Shown here one piece after another: positions 17,926 to 30,272 of a stretch of DNA of 64,000 nt. Below the pieces are notes generated by a model, which was not told where the DNA came from, made no database searches, and was given only the letters and a program-made list of their open reading frames with translations. Made by a program: the position numbers and the translations under genes. The DNA is from Macrostomum lignano (Eukaryota). The stretch is taken from contig NIVC01000312.1 in assembly GCA_002269645.1 (NCBI GenBank), positions 310,001-374,000 of the forward strand, written 5' to 3'. Position 1 is the first letter of the stretch. Each line of letters starts with the position of its first letter.

Positions 17926-20900
17926 ATGTCGAACTTCATCAACTGTTTGATCGTATCTGAGGAGGATTTGCTGTGCAACGGCACCGAGTATCACCTTGCG
18001 GATCACAAGGCCACGCCAGAGGACGCGTTGTTCTGGATTTACTTGGGCATTTATGCTCTGCTAGTACTCGGAGCTGGTAAGTTGCGCGTCTGATTGAGTC
18101 TGTTTCGTCTTTCATTTTTTTCAGTTTCTCTGTAGAAGTATTGTACTCGTATAATATGCGTCTACTTCATATAATGAAATACTGATTGACTTTCGAGCAT
18201 CTGACCTAACCTGTCTTTGAGCATCTGATCCAACCTGTCTTTGAGCATCTGATCCAATCTGTCTTTGAGCATCTGATCCAACCTGTCTTTGAGCATCTGA
18301 TCCAACCTGTCTTTGAGCATCTGATCCAACCTGTCTTTGAGCATCTGATCCAACCTGTCTTTGAGCATCTGATCCAACCTGTCTTTGAGCATCTGATCCA
18401 ACCTGTCTTTGAGCATCTGACCCAACCTGTCTTTGAGCATCTGATCCAACCTGTCTTTGAGCATCTGATCCAACCTGTCTTTGAGCATCTGATCCAACCT
18501 GTCTTTGAGCATCTGATCCAACCTGTCTTTGAGCATCTGATCCAACCTGTCTTTGAGCATCTGATCCAACCTGTCTTTGAGCATCTGATCCAACCTGTCT
18601 TTGAGCATCTGATCCAACCTGTCTTTGAGCATCTGATCCAACCTGTCTTTGAGCATCTGATCCAACCTGTCTTTGAGCATCTGATCCAACCTGTCTTTGA
18701 GCATCTGATCCAACCTGTCTTTGAGCATCTGATCCAACCTGTCTTTGAGCATCTGATCCAACCTGTCTTTGAGCATCTGACCTAACCTGTCCTTGAGCAT
18801 CTGACCCAACCTGTCTTTGAGCATCTGACCTAACCTGTCTTTGAGCATCTGACCTAACCTGTATTTGAGCATCTGACCTAACCTGTCCTTGAGCATCTGA
18901 CCTAACCTGTCTTTGAGCATCTGACCTGTTTTTGCTCATTCTAGCTATCTTAGAACATGTGCCTAAACTTATCTTTGAGAATTTCACCACTTGTCATAAA
19001 CTGTCTTTGAGCATCTGTCCAATGTGTTAGGTGATTAAGCGTTTGAACTACGCCAAGTACAGAAAGCGCTCTCGACTCTGAAACACAGGAGGTCTCTTAG
19101 TACTCTCACTGGTAACCCATATGCTTTTGCAACTCTTACCTGCAACCGAACACTCAAATACAGGCCTAATGAGCGGCCTAACCATAGGCCTGTTAAGTCT
19201 CGACCTGCTCAGCTTAAAAGTGCTCAGCGATTCTGGCACAGGCGAGACGAAACGTTTTGCCAAGCGTCTGTTCCCCATCATCAGACAGCATCACTGGCTG
19301 CTGGTGACTCTGTTGCTAGGCAACGCGGCTTGCGTTGAAGCAATGCCGATATTTTTAGATCGGGTTTCCGATCCAGTGACTGCTGTCCTTGTCTCCGTCA
19401 CGGCTGTACTGTTTTTTGGAGAGTGAGTTTCGCTTTCTATTTTTGCTACTGCCAGTAGTTATATATTGTTGAAATATTAAAGTGTAGGAAATTTGTCGAC
19501 TTTTTCAGAGTCATTCCACAAGCTCTGTGCACCAGATACGGATTGAAGATCGGGTACTATTGCTCTCCGTGAGTTGAACGTGTCTATGCGCTTGCCTTTT
19601 ACACTGTACGTGACAGGCAGGGCCAATCCCAAAAGCAACGGGTGTGTTCATGTCTGACGATCTTAAAGTCAAGGTTAGGGTTAGGGGTTAGGCAAATCGT
19701 CATCATCAGGGCATGCCACAATCGTCACAACAAACCATAAATTTATAAACTAAAACAGAATCAAGGCGATAGACAAATAGCTTTAATGCTCACAGCACTC
19801 TGATTTGGTGTTCCACCCCACCGCTAGCAAGCTGCACATTCAAATTAATGTTCGAAACAATAATTCCATAAAACCATCCATCCAACCATCCATACAACCA
19901 TCCATCCAACCATCCATCCAACCATTCATCCAACCATACATCCATCCAACCATCCATCAAACCATCCATCCAACCATCCATCCAACCATACATCCATCCA
20001 ACCATACATCCAACAATCCATTCAACCATCCATCAAGCCATCCATCCAACCATCCATCCAACCATACATCCATCCAACCATACATCCAACAAATCCATTC
20101 AACCATCCATCAAACCATCCATCCAACCATCCATCCAACCATACATCCAACCATCCATCCAACCATCCATCCAACCATACATCCATCCAACCATACATCC
20201 AACAATCCATTCAACCATCCATCAAACCATCCATCTAACCATCCATCCAACCATACATCCATCCAACCATACATCCAACAATCCATTCAACCATCCATCA
20301 AACCATCCATCCAACCATCCATCCAACCATACATCCAACCATCCATCCAACCATCCATCCAACCATACATCCAACCATCCATCCAACCATTCATCCAACC
20401 ATCCATCCAACCATCCATCTAACCGTCCATCCAACCATACATCAATCCAACCATACATCCATCCAACCATACATCCAACCATCCATCAAACCATCCATCC
20501 AACCATCCATCCAACCATACATCCATCCAACCATACATCCAACAATCCATTCAACCATCCATCAAACCATCCATCCAACCATCCATCCAACCATACATCC
20601 AACCATCCATCCAACCATTCATCCAACCATCCATCCAACCATCCATCTAACCATCCATCCAACCATACATCCATCCAACCATACATCCATCCAACCATAC
20701 ATCCAACCATCCATCCAACCATCCATCCAACCATACATCCAACCATACATCCAACCATCCGTCCAACCATACATCCAACCATCCATCCAACCATCCATCC
20801 AACCATCCATCCAACCATCCATCCAACCATCCATCCAACCATCCATCTAACCATCCATCCAACCATACATCCATCCAACCATACATCCATCCAACCATCC

Positions 20901-23652
20901 ATCCAACCATCCATCCAACCATCCATCCAACCATCCATCCAACCATCCATCCAACCATCCATCCAACCATACATCCAACTATCCATCCAACCATACATCC
21001 AACTATCCGTTTAACACATTGAACAGCTGCATCGTGTGGTTGTCACAACACGCAGTGCAATCTAACAAGCAAGGGCTCTCTTGTTCTTGTGTGAAGGTGT
21101 CGCTTAGTTTTTCTTATGTAGGAAACGCTCTGATCAACAGAGCAACGGAATTCGTGAACCATCTAACTTAATAGTTCAACGAATACTAAAACCTGCTCAA
21201 AAACCGTCTCACCTCACCCTCCAGCATAGTGTACGTCTGCATGGCCGTGATGTCCCCGATTGCGTTTCCCATATCCAAACTGCTCGACTGCATTCTGGGT
21301 ACCGACCACGAGACCGTGTTCAAACGCGAAGAGCTCAAATCTCTGGTCAGTTTCCATGGCCCGGAGACTCGCAGACAGCCGCATAGCGGCCGGATGTCTG
21401 CGCGGTCTCGGACGAGCTCGCTGGTATCCAACGCGACTGCAGGGGCCGGCGAGTTGACATCGGCGGGCGGTGGTGACAACCCGAGTGACCAGCACAGACG
21501 GTCGGTGCTGACAAGAGACGAGGTAAGTATTGTTTAGTACCTCCGAATAAAATGTATCGATGGTGTCAAAGCAATAATTAAGTTGCAATTTTTTAAAGAC
21601 CATCAGGGCAAGCCAATTGACCTGCTTCTTATTGATTGGCCTTCTACATTGAGTTTCTTACCAGGAAACTGTTATCCGGCCATTGTTTTGCTACCAAAGC
21701 AAAAACTCGCACAAAACTCAACGATTTTACAATAGAGGTCCTCCGATGTTCCCATTCCTCATTTACACACGAGGTGTGAGTGTAGATAACAATTGCAGTA
21801 AAAATCTCGCAGACAACTATTTTTCACAGACAACTTCTTACGTGTTTTGGCCTTAGATCAGATGACTTTTACTTGGCTGTACGACCTTATCCGTGCATTA
21901 TTTGCACAATCTGTCAGTGGCGTATGCAGGAATTTTAATTAAAAGGGCCGCTAACCCAAAGAAGCGCCAATATTTGGTTTATTGGTGGGGGCGCTTCTGT
22001 CTCTTGGTGAGCGCCCACTGTCTCTTGGTGAGCGCCCACTGTCTCTTGGTGAGCGCCCACTGTCTCTTGGTTGGCGCCTGTCTCTTGGTTAGCGCCTTTA
22101 CCCCTGTCTCTTGATTGGCGCCTTTACCCCTGTCTCTTGGTTAGCGCCTTTACCCCTGTCTCTTGGTTAGCGCCTTTACCCCTGTCTCTTGGTTAGCGCT
22201 TTTACCCCTGTCTCTTGGTTGGCGCCTTTACCCCTGTCTCTTGGTTAGCGCTTTTACCCCTGTCTCTTGGTTGGCGCTTTTACCCCTGTCTCTTGGTTAG
22301 CGCCTTTACCCCTGTCTCTTGGTTGGCGCCTTTACCCCTGTCTCTTGGTTGGCGCCTTCACCCCTGTCTCTTGGTTGGCGCCTTCACCCCTGTCTCTTGT
22401 GCCGGTGGACGCGGCGTCCAAGAGGTGGCAAAAGTCGAGCTCCGGTTATTCGTCGAGTTTGCGTGGTCACCTTTTTTCGTTTAGTTTTTGCAAGAGCGTA
22501 ATTTTTGTGAGGACGATTGCGGAGGGTCACGGCTCCTTGCCCCCCCCTCTGCGTACGCCATTGCAATCTGACATTTGTCCTACTCTCGGATTGAATGCAT
22601 AGCTACATGTAGCTCGCATGCATGAATGTACATGTGCGTAGTATACAATAAGTGTGTGTGTGTCTACGTACGCATCCATACTCAGAGGGTAAGTGGAATG
22701 AGCTTACTCTGCTTTGCCTCCTCGCTAAATACAGTTCGACTCGCTTTGCCTCGAGTTGCCTCAGCATCTGAAAGCCCCATTGCGAGTAAAATTCTACGAG
22801 TACACTCTCCATTTGTTCTGCATGGCTTTAAACATTCGATTCTCCAACTCCCCAAGGTAACCATCATCCGGGGCGCTCTGGAACTCACCAGCGTCACAGC
22901 TGGAGACGCCTGCACTCCTATCGAGAAGGTGTTCATGCTGTCTGATGAGCTCACATTGGATTCAAACACTCGACAGCGGATCATGCAGAGTGCTCACTCT
23001 AGAGTGCCAGTTTATCACGGCGAAAATCGCGGCGACATTCGTGGTCACCTGCTGGTGAAGATGCTGCTGCTGTTTGAGTCGCCCGCCAGCCCATCGATGC
23101 AGGAGCTCATGACCAACAGGAAGTGCTTCCGGGAGATGCCGTTCGTGAAGAGCAGCGCTCAGCTATACGATTTGTTGAGAATTTTTCAACTAGGAAAGAG
23201 TTGAGTACCTGTGAATTTCTGCATTTTCTTTAATTTGTTGTGATTTTTAGGCGATGAGAACCAGTTTAGTAATTCGAATCTTTCCTAATCCTATTCAACT
23301 AGGTCACATGGCTGTCGTCCTTGACAACAACTCGTCCTCGCCAGATGGCGTTCGAGGCATCATCACACTAGAGAATGTGCTCGAAAAACTTCTACTCGAT
23401 GCTATTCAAGACGAAGCTGACAATCTTCGAGAGGAGTTCAGCCAAAGCGAGGGTCAGATGACACTACTAAATTCGCAGCGACAGATTTATAACAATGGTT
23501 TCCAAGTGAACCGCGAGGTAAACAGCCTTTCGGTTGCTAGGCCTGTTGCTAGGGCGTTGGAAGCAGACGGAAGCGACTCTGTGCAAGTGGAAGTGAAGAC
23601 GACGAGAGACACGGAGCGAACTCCCCTGCTGATGGGTCGGAAAATTTCCTGA
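17926..23652 (+). CDS. DUF21 (CNNM transmembrane) + CBS-domain protein, 486 aa, metal-transport family
   Basis: Exons 17926-18076, 19164-19422, 19509-19568, 21225-21522, 22857-23199, 23303-23652 join in frame (1461 nt). Motifs: [110 protein letters not shown]. Confidence 0.9.
18195..18928. repeat. Minisatellite, 24 bp (CTGTCTTTGAGCATCTGATCCAAC)n
   Basis: Direct inspection; CNNM intron 1. Confidence 0.97.
19870..21010. repeat. (CCAT/CCAA)n compound microsatellite
   Basis: Direct inspection; CNNM intron 3. Confidence 0.95.
21915..22563. mobile_element. hAT-type MITE carrying an internal minisatellite (CNNM intron 4)
   Basis: TIRs CAGTGGCGTATGCAG / CTGCGTACGCCATTG (13/15); TSD CAATCTGT / CAATCTGA (7/8); internal tandem units CTGTCTCTTGGTTAGCGCCTTTACCC. 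Confidence 0.75.
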
Positions 23653-26600
23653 TCGATCGGTTTTGACAACATTCTGAATAAGTACGTCATGCATAGATGC
23701 ATACGCGTTATCAGCTACAGCTAGCTCATTAACATATTATGCTGAACTATTGCTGATTACAACAATTTAAGAAACGATTTCATTTACAGTCCCCGTGTAG
23801 TCTATATTTCAAAGACCCTTTACATGTACATGTACAGTGTGCACCATATGCGTATGCTTAGAAAGAAAGAAAAAAGTTTAGAATGACTTAATCTTCATGT
23901 ATTACTTTTTGGCTATAGCTATTGCTCATTGATGTTACAAAAATACAAGTGCGTGTTGAAGTACGTTTAAAAGGCATTAATTGAGTTTTACACAATCCGA
24001 AGTAATTAAATATACATTTACGCTCGTTCACAATGTAATATACAGCGCTTGTTCACTGGAACACAAAAATCTGATCGATCGGTTTGACAACATTCTGAAT
24101 AAGTACGTCATGCATAGATGCATATGTGCATGTACGCGTTTATAATTTATATAATTTATATAATTTATATATATATATAATTTATGCATATTATAATGGT
24201 GTAAAAGTTATTTTCGGCTACATCGATCAGTAACGCAAAATTTTAAAAGTAACCAATTTCTACATATACTATACACGCTTCTACATTACGTAGATGTTTA
24301 GGAGTATGCGCGGGAATGGTAAGAATTGCATTGCATCGTTGTGGGAGTGGGACCATATGTGGCTGAGCTACAATAGGCCTTTCACCAGCAAGGTGCGTGG
24401 CTCGATGGGCAAAAATTGTTGCATTTATTATTTTATTCTACGTTTTGTTAAACTGTTAATTACGTGTGCAACAGATCGATAAATAGGCAGCTTTAACATA
24501 TATATTGCTTCTCTTTAAAGCCGTATATTTTAAACCTTCATGAACCATACTGTACATGTAAACTATAACAGCTCTCATGTACATTATACATACGTACAAA
24601 ACCTATACATAAGTCAAATGTATTTCATTTAACTTTTCGGTCACCTATAAATTTTTAAGCCACTTTTAATTTGATTGTGCATGAATTCACTTCACTTGAA
24701 TCGAAAGGCGCGTAAATTAGAGTGATCGCTACGGCGATGCTTCGGAATGCTAGAACCACTAGTATGATAAAATAGACTTTATGTAGTCTATATTTTCTGC
24801 AATATAGTGATCGTTTTTTAGAATATTTTTTATGCTTTAAAATTTATTTAGATAGTCAATAATATAGCTGTTGCTTCTTTACGCAAGCGTTACTTTTAAT
24901 GTGCCCCTTTCTTTGAAAATCGCGCTAATTCAAAAACCACAAGGAAATTGGGCGGCCTCTCTTCTAGTGTAGTTTTTAGACTCAAGGATGTGCTCGAATT
25001 TACATTTATTGTATAAATTTTTGTTATAAAAAATATAAACTCCCAAAAACTTTAAATTGCTTGAATTTTCTCATTGATGACTTTGATATTAATAACTTTC
25101 TTTATTCTAAACTATAGTCTAAACAAAAAGTAGTATACTAAAAATTGTTTGCTTCTATAAATGTTAATTTTCTAAATTAAATTATAACTAGCATAAATTT
25201 CCTCCTTTCATCCTATGTACAAATAATATTATAATTAATATATTTTAGAGAAATGTCAATGAATAATTTGGGTCTCCAGCAAGGTTATTATAAGCTGAAA
25301 ATAATACAATAATAGTTAGGCCTAGGGCCTAATACAAAAAAATAGAATTTTCTTAATAGGTAATTTCTTTAGGCCCTTAACCCTAGTCAACATCAAAGCA
25401 AAAAGTATATAAATATATATTACCATATTATAGAGTAAATAATTGCTTTTTGATTTAAATAGTGGCCATTTCAAGCTAAAATTCTACTTTGGTTTCATTG
25501 TATATTTTTTACTTTTTTAAGCTTAAATTTAAATTTTAATAAATATTTTGAACTATAATTATAAAAAAAACCTGGTGCTTAAGCAATTGCAAATTAAGGT
25601 AGAAAATAAGACAAACACTCAATTGCCTTTGTAAGATTATATTTTATCTTTTGACAGAGTAACAATACTGAATCACTACTGAGAGTACTACTGTTGAACT
25701 TTTTCTCATTAATAAATGTTAGAGTTTGCTAATGTTTTATTGTACTTTATTAGATATAAATTATAAGTTTTTAAGTCTATAATACAGTTAATCAAAGTAT
25801 CATTGTTTTATTATACCTGTCCCTAATATTTTTAATTTTTTTTTAAATTAATAATATGGCAATAAGAATCTATAAAATATGACAGCAACTACCATATTTC
25901 TGTAGTTGTAGCCATAAGAGCAGCTATCTACTATATAGGCATATCCATAGTTGCCATAGGCACCACTTATTTTACCATATTTATGCTTAACACTTCTATG
26001 TCCTAGGCTCACAATAGCTAAATGTACACAATTAGTTTAGCATATTTATGTTGCTCATATGTACATTCCCCAATTATTGATTGCACCACTTTTACTCTTT
26101 ACTAATTTCCCTTTCCCATATTTTACTCACTTGTATATTGTATGCTTTTACTCAATTCATAAATATATCAAACCAGAGCATCTTGCTCAAATGCATTTCC
26201 ATTTTTCATTGTTTCTATAGTGCATCATAGTTCGTCTTTCATCTCTAGTTATTCAAACAACTATAATTTAAAAAAAATACATAGATACGCATTAAAAATA
26301 TTGAAAAAATTGCTAATGGGTAAAGGGGTTATTTTCCAAGGTATAGGGGCCATATGAAAAGAACATGGATAGATCAAGATGAGGTCTAAGTAATAGAAAT
26401 TTCCTGCATTATTACATAATATATCTCAAAAAATGTCCCATGTTAAGTAGGCCTACTACTTGCTAATGGACACTTTGTAGCCACACTAAATGCAAAATGC
26501 CAAGCACCAGTCTATCAGTATAGCTATGGGATCTTATTTCATATACAAATTATTTTTTTGAAAAATATAGGCTACCATAGGCTCAAGAAATAAGTACTAT

Positions 26601-26816
26601 TTTTTTTAATTAACATACACACAAATGTTTGTGGGCCTTATCAAATAAAAGATAAGTTTTTCCACTTTTGGATCACTAAATTTTAGACACCACTCATTCT
26701 TTTTATTTATTTTAGCACTTGACCTAAATAAAGAAAATTTGATTTTTAATAAACAATTATGGTTTATGTATAAATTTTATACTTTATTGTGGCCCATTGC
26801 AGTCATTAAGTTCTGG

Positions 26817-29800
26817 ATGTCTTTACCAAGAGGCACTGACTTCTATGACTTTCATTTGGACAATAAAGTACAACATCATGGATTCCTATTGAAGCGGTCA
26901 CATTTGAGCAACAAGTGGCAAAGACGGTAGGCCAACTAAATCCTTTTTTATGCTTGTAATAGCAATAACCCCCATCATTTTTTCAGTACTTTTTAATCTA
27001 TTGATAGTTCTTTGATTAAAATATTTGTAATTTTTAGATTTTGCATCATTAAAGAAGGCTTTCTGCTTGTGTTCAAAGAACAAGAGGCTGAAAGAATTAA
27101 GAGATCATCATTTTACAATGTTAAAGCGAATGTAAGTAAACTAGTAGTATATTTAGCATTTTTGTTGTGTTTCTTCATGAAAATGATAGATCAGGTAATA
27201 ATGTACGCAGTAAACTAGATGTCATTTTTCCTTAAGATAGTGTCCTTGGTAAGATAAGATAATTGGATCCTGGGAATTAAGGCTGGTGATATCTCAGATT
27301 TTATTTGAACTGTGTGATTCTTAGAATCACAGTTTGGGATCAGTGTGGCTATGGCAGTTTTGAAAGAATAATCAGTAAGTACATCAAATGAACCAGCACT
27401 TCTTTCTTTTGGAAAAACTTTTCAAATTTATCCAACTACGGAAGAATAAATAGGCTTTCAGAAAGCACAAATAGAACTCGACAGCGGCTGCGTGTTTTCA
27501 TTTCATCCAGATTAGGGCTTAGGGGAACAGCTCGCTGATTTTTGCATGGAATCCGTTGTGTCCGCCAGTCATCACGGAGGGCCCATCTGACAAAATGCTT
27601 GTACACTACTTCAAAGCACTTGATAGCTTCAAAGAAAATGATAATGCTAAGGAATTTTCTCGATCCTTGCATCTCATTAAATATCCGATTCCGCTTTTCA
27701 AGTCTTGAATGATTTCCTTTCTCTGGGTTTGATGTGTTCCTTATTACTGAGACCTTTCTCGGTAATCAAGGAACAATCACTTCTAGCTCTTAGCTAGGCA
27801 ACCCAGTTATCAATGAAGGTACTGCTTACCTTGATTCAGGTGAGATCTCGTCTGTAGTCTCCTGCGTCAGTAGTTCTCTCAGTTGATCTGCTAGATCAGG
27901 CGCCTTGGTTCTTCAGTTGCTCTGGTCCTGGTTCCTCTTGTACTTCCGATGAAGTTACTTCCGGCTGGTATCTGCAGTCAGGACCAATCAGAGGCCTCGT
28001 ATCAAACAATGGGATCCCTGCGCAAATCCTTAAAATGTGTGAGTAGTGCATTAACACTTTGTCTTTTTCACGGGAGGTAGAACACACTACAAGTTGACGC
28101 GATCATCCTTTGGCGCTGGCTGCCAAACTTTGCAGCCCTTCACTATCAGGGAGTATTTCCTTGAACAAAGAAGGGTTCTAAATGCACAGTAGTGCTTTAA
28201 TCTGGTGAATGACGTAGCGCTTTTTGGCTCGCATTACTTATTCATCAAGCTTAGGCTTCGCTGAAGCCGCCGAAGCCGAAAAATTGTCTAATAGACCTCG
28301 AATTCTTTGCCTCTTGGAGATTCCCCATTTGCGATTTTCTTTTTGCATGATGCTCGATTGCAGAAAATCCACTTGATTCCTACAACAATGGACTTACAGC
28401 ATGCACGAAAGAATGCTGCGTGCTTCAACTGTCGGTCTTCTTCAAGCCACGTAGAGCATTCTTAGCTCTTAACTAGCGCGGGTTGGCTTCTCCCCGTCCG
28501 TGCCTCCTGAGCACGTGTCCGAGAAGTCTTTGTCTTCGCGGTCTGAGGATTCGCTTAGCGTTGGGATGCCGGTTTTTGCTATTAGAGCGCGATTTGACAG
28601 AGTAGTGGATGTTGATCGAGAAGCTATTTAGGCCGCATTCAAGACTTCTTCCCGGCTTGTTGTAATGTAATGTTGCAGCTTTGAGCTGGAGTTTAAGCTG
28701 GTCGTCCAACGATGAGGCGAAGACAGGGCTGAGCTGGTCAGCTGCCTTCCAGGCTTGTCCACGCCGGTCCGCTATGATGTCGTCTGGAGAGGCGACAAAA
28801 GAGCCGAGTTAGCGGAAGTCCCGGCACTCTGCAATGGTGTCGCCACTAGGGAGGATCAGAGCAGGGGCGCCCGCGATGTTGACGTGTAGGACCTTCTAGC
28901 TGAGCGGCTTCCGAGTCTCGACAGGAGAAGGCGATGTCTTCCGGCTTCTGCGGCATGTGACGACAAAACTGTCTTCTTTCTCAAGCGCGCAGCGGAGGAC
29001 GTAATCGAGCACAATGATGAAGATGAAAGGGGCGATGGTGTCCCCTTGCAGGACGTCAGGGCTGGTGGCGAAGTCATCTGGGCGGTCCTCGCGGAGCTGG
29101 ACAATAGCTTTGGTGTTACTATACAGGTCCATCACCGCGCAGATAAGGTCTCGAGGAACTCCGTAAGCGGTCAGAATAAGAGGAATGACAGAGCAATCGA
29201 TGGTGTCAAAAGTTGTGATGAAATAAACATTAGTTAAACTTTCGTTGATTAGTTGAAAATACATCGTATCGATCATGAAAAAAAACTACAGGCGGCAATA
29301 CCGCTGGGTGATTGCGTCATCAACTTAATATCGGACGCCACCGTTCAGTGCGGAATCGACATTAACATATTTGTTCCATCGGTAAGAAAGTATTTTTAAT
29401 AGATTATTTTCATACTGACTCGCTACTGTTAGTAGTTGAATTGCGCACTATCGCTGTTATCTTTCAGGTTAGATTTCTATTCTCGTGCGAAAATCGTTCT
29501 AACCAGCAAGATTGGTATTCTGCTCTGAGCGATGCGTCAAGAATGTTAGTTCGGCGTTTTCTTTGTCTTTGCTACTCATCTACTTATAGTAAAAAGTTGC
29601 AAAAAATCATCTCTTACTTTACCATCAGAACGCACGCAAATTTTCAAATCTCTGACAAATTAATTGCCACACTGGAGAGTCAAGGAATGGAGAAGGTGAC
29701 TCAATCGGAGCGTTATAGAAGTGAGTATTGTATGAGAGTTCCGTTTAAATAGTAAGTACATTGATAAGTTAAAATTAGAAAATTATTTAATTAACATGTA

Positions 29801-29932
29801 AAATTATTTCTTTTGCAGAAATGCTTGAAGAAGAAGTGGAACTGCGACACAATGAGTCAGAGAAGGCTTCGGTAAGTTAAGTAAGATCTTTAGGTTAATA
29901 ATAAGATGTTCCTCTCGATGGATGGATGGATG

Positions 29933-30001
<69 letters not shown>

Positions 30002-30055
30002 ATAGATAGATGATAGATACATAGATAGATAGACAGATAGATAGATAGATAGATG

Positions 30056-30123
<68 letters not shown>

Positions 30124-30134
30124 GGCAGTCAGTC

Positions 30135-30171
<37 letters not shown>

Positions 30172-30237
30172 GGCAGTCAGTCAGTCAGTCAGACAGACAG
30201 ACAGGCAGACAGACAGACAGACAGGCAGGCAGACAGG

Positions 30238-30272
<35 letters not shown>

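Noticed and set aside
19674-19692. Interstitial telomere (GGTTAGGGTTAGGGGTTAGG)
   Set aside because: Only about three imperfect units, as commonly found inside small dispersed repeats.
23650-23727. TGA readthrough or selenocysteine extension of the CNNM protein
   Set aside because: No readthrough context or SECIS element seen; the 25-codon extension is unremarkable.
25950-25963. X-box GTTGCCATAGGCAC upstream of PLEKHD1
   Set aside because: One mismatch in the conserved half-site and about 850 bp from the putative ATG; could be chance.
27400-28460. Decayed minus-strand coding remnant (Cys-rich CCKSIVVGIKWIFCNRASC; YKHFVRWA)
   Set aside because: May be an old transposon ORF, but it is too fragmented to assign without a translated search.
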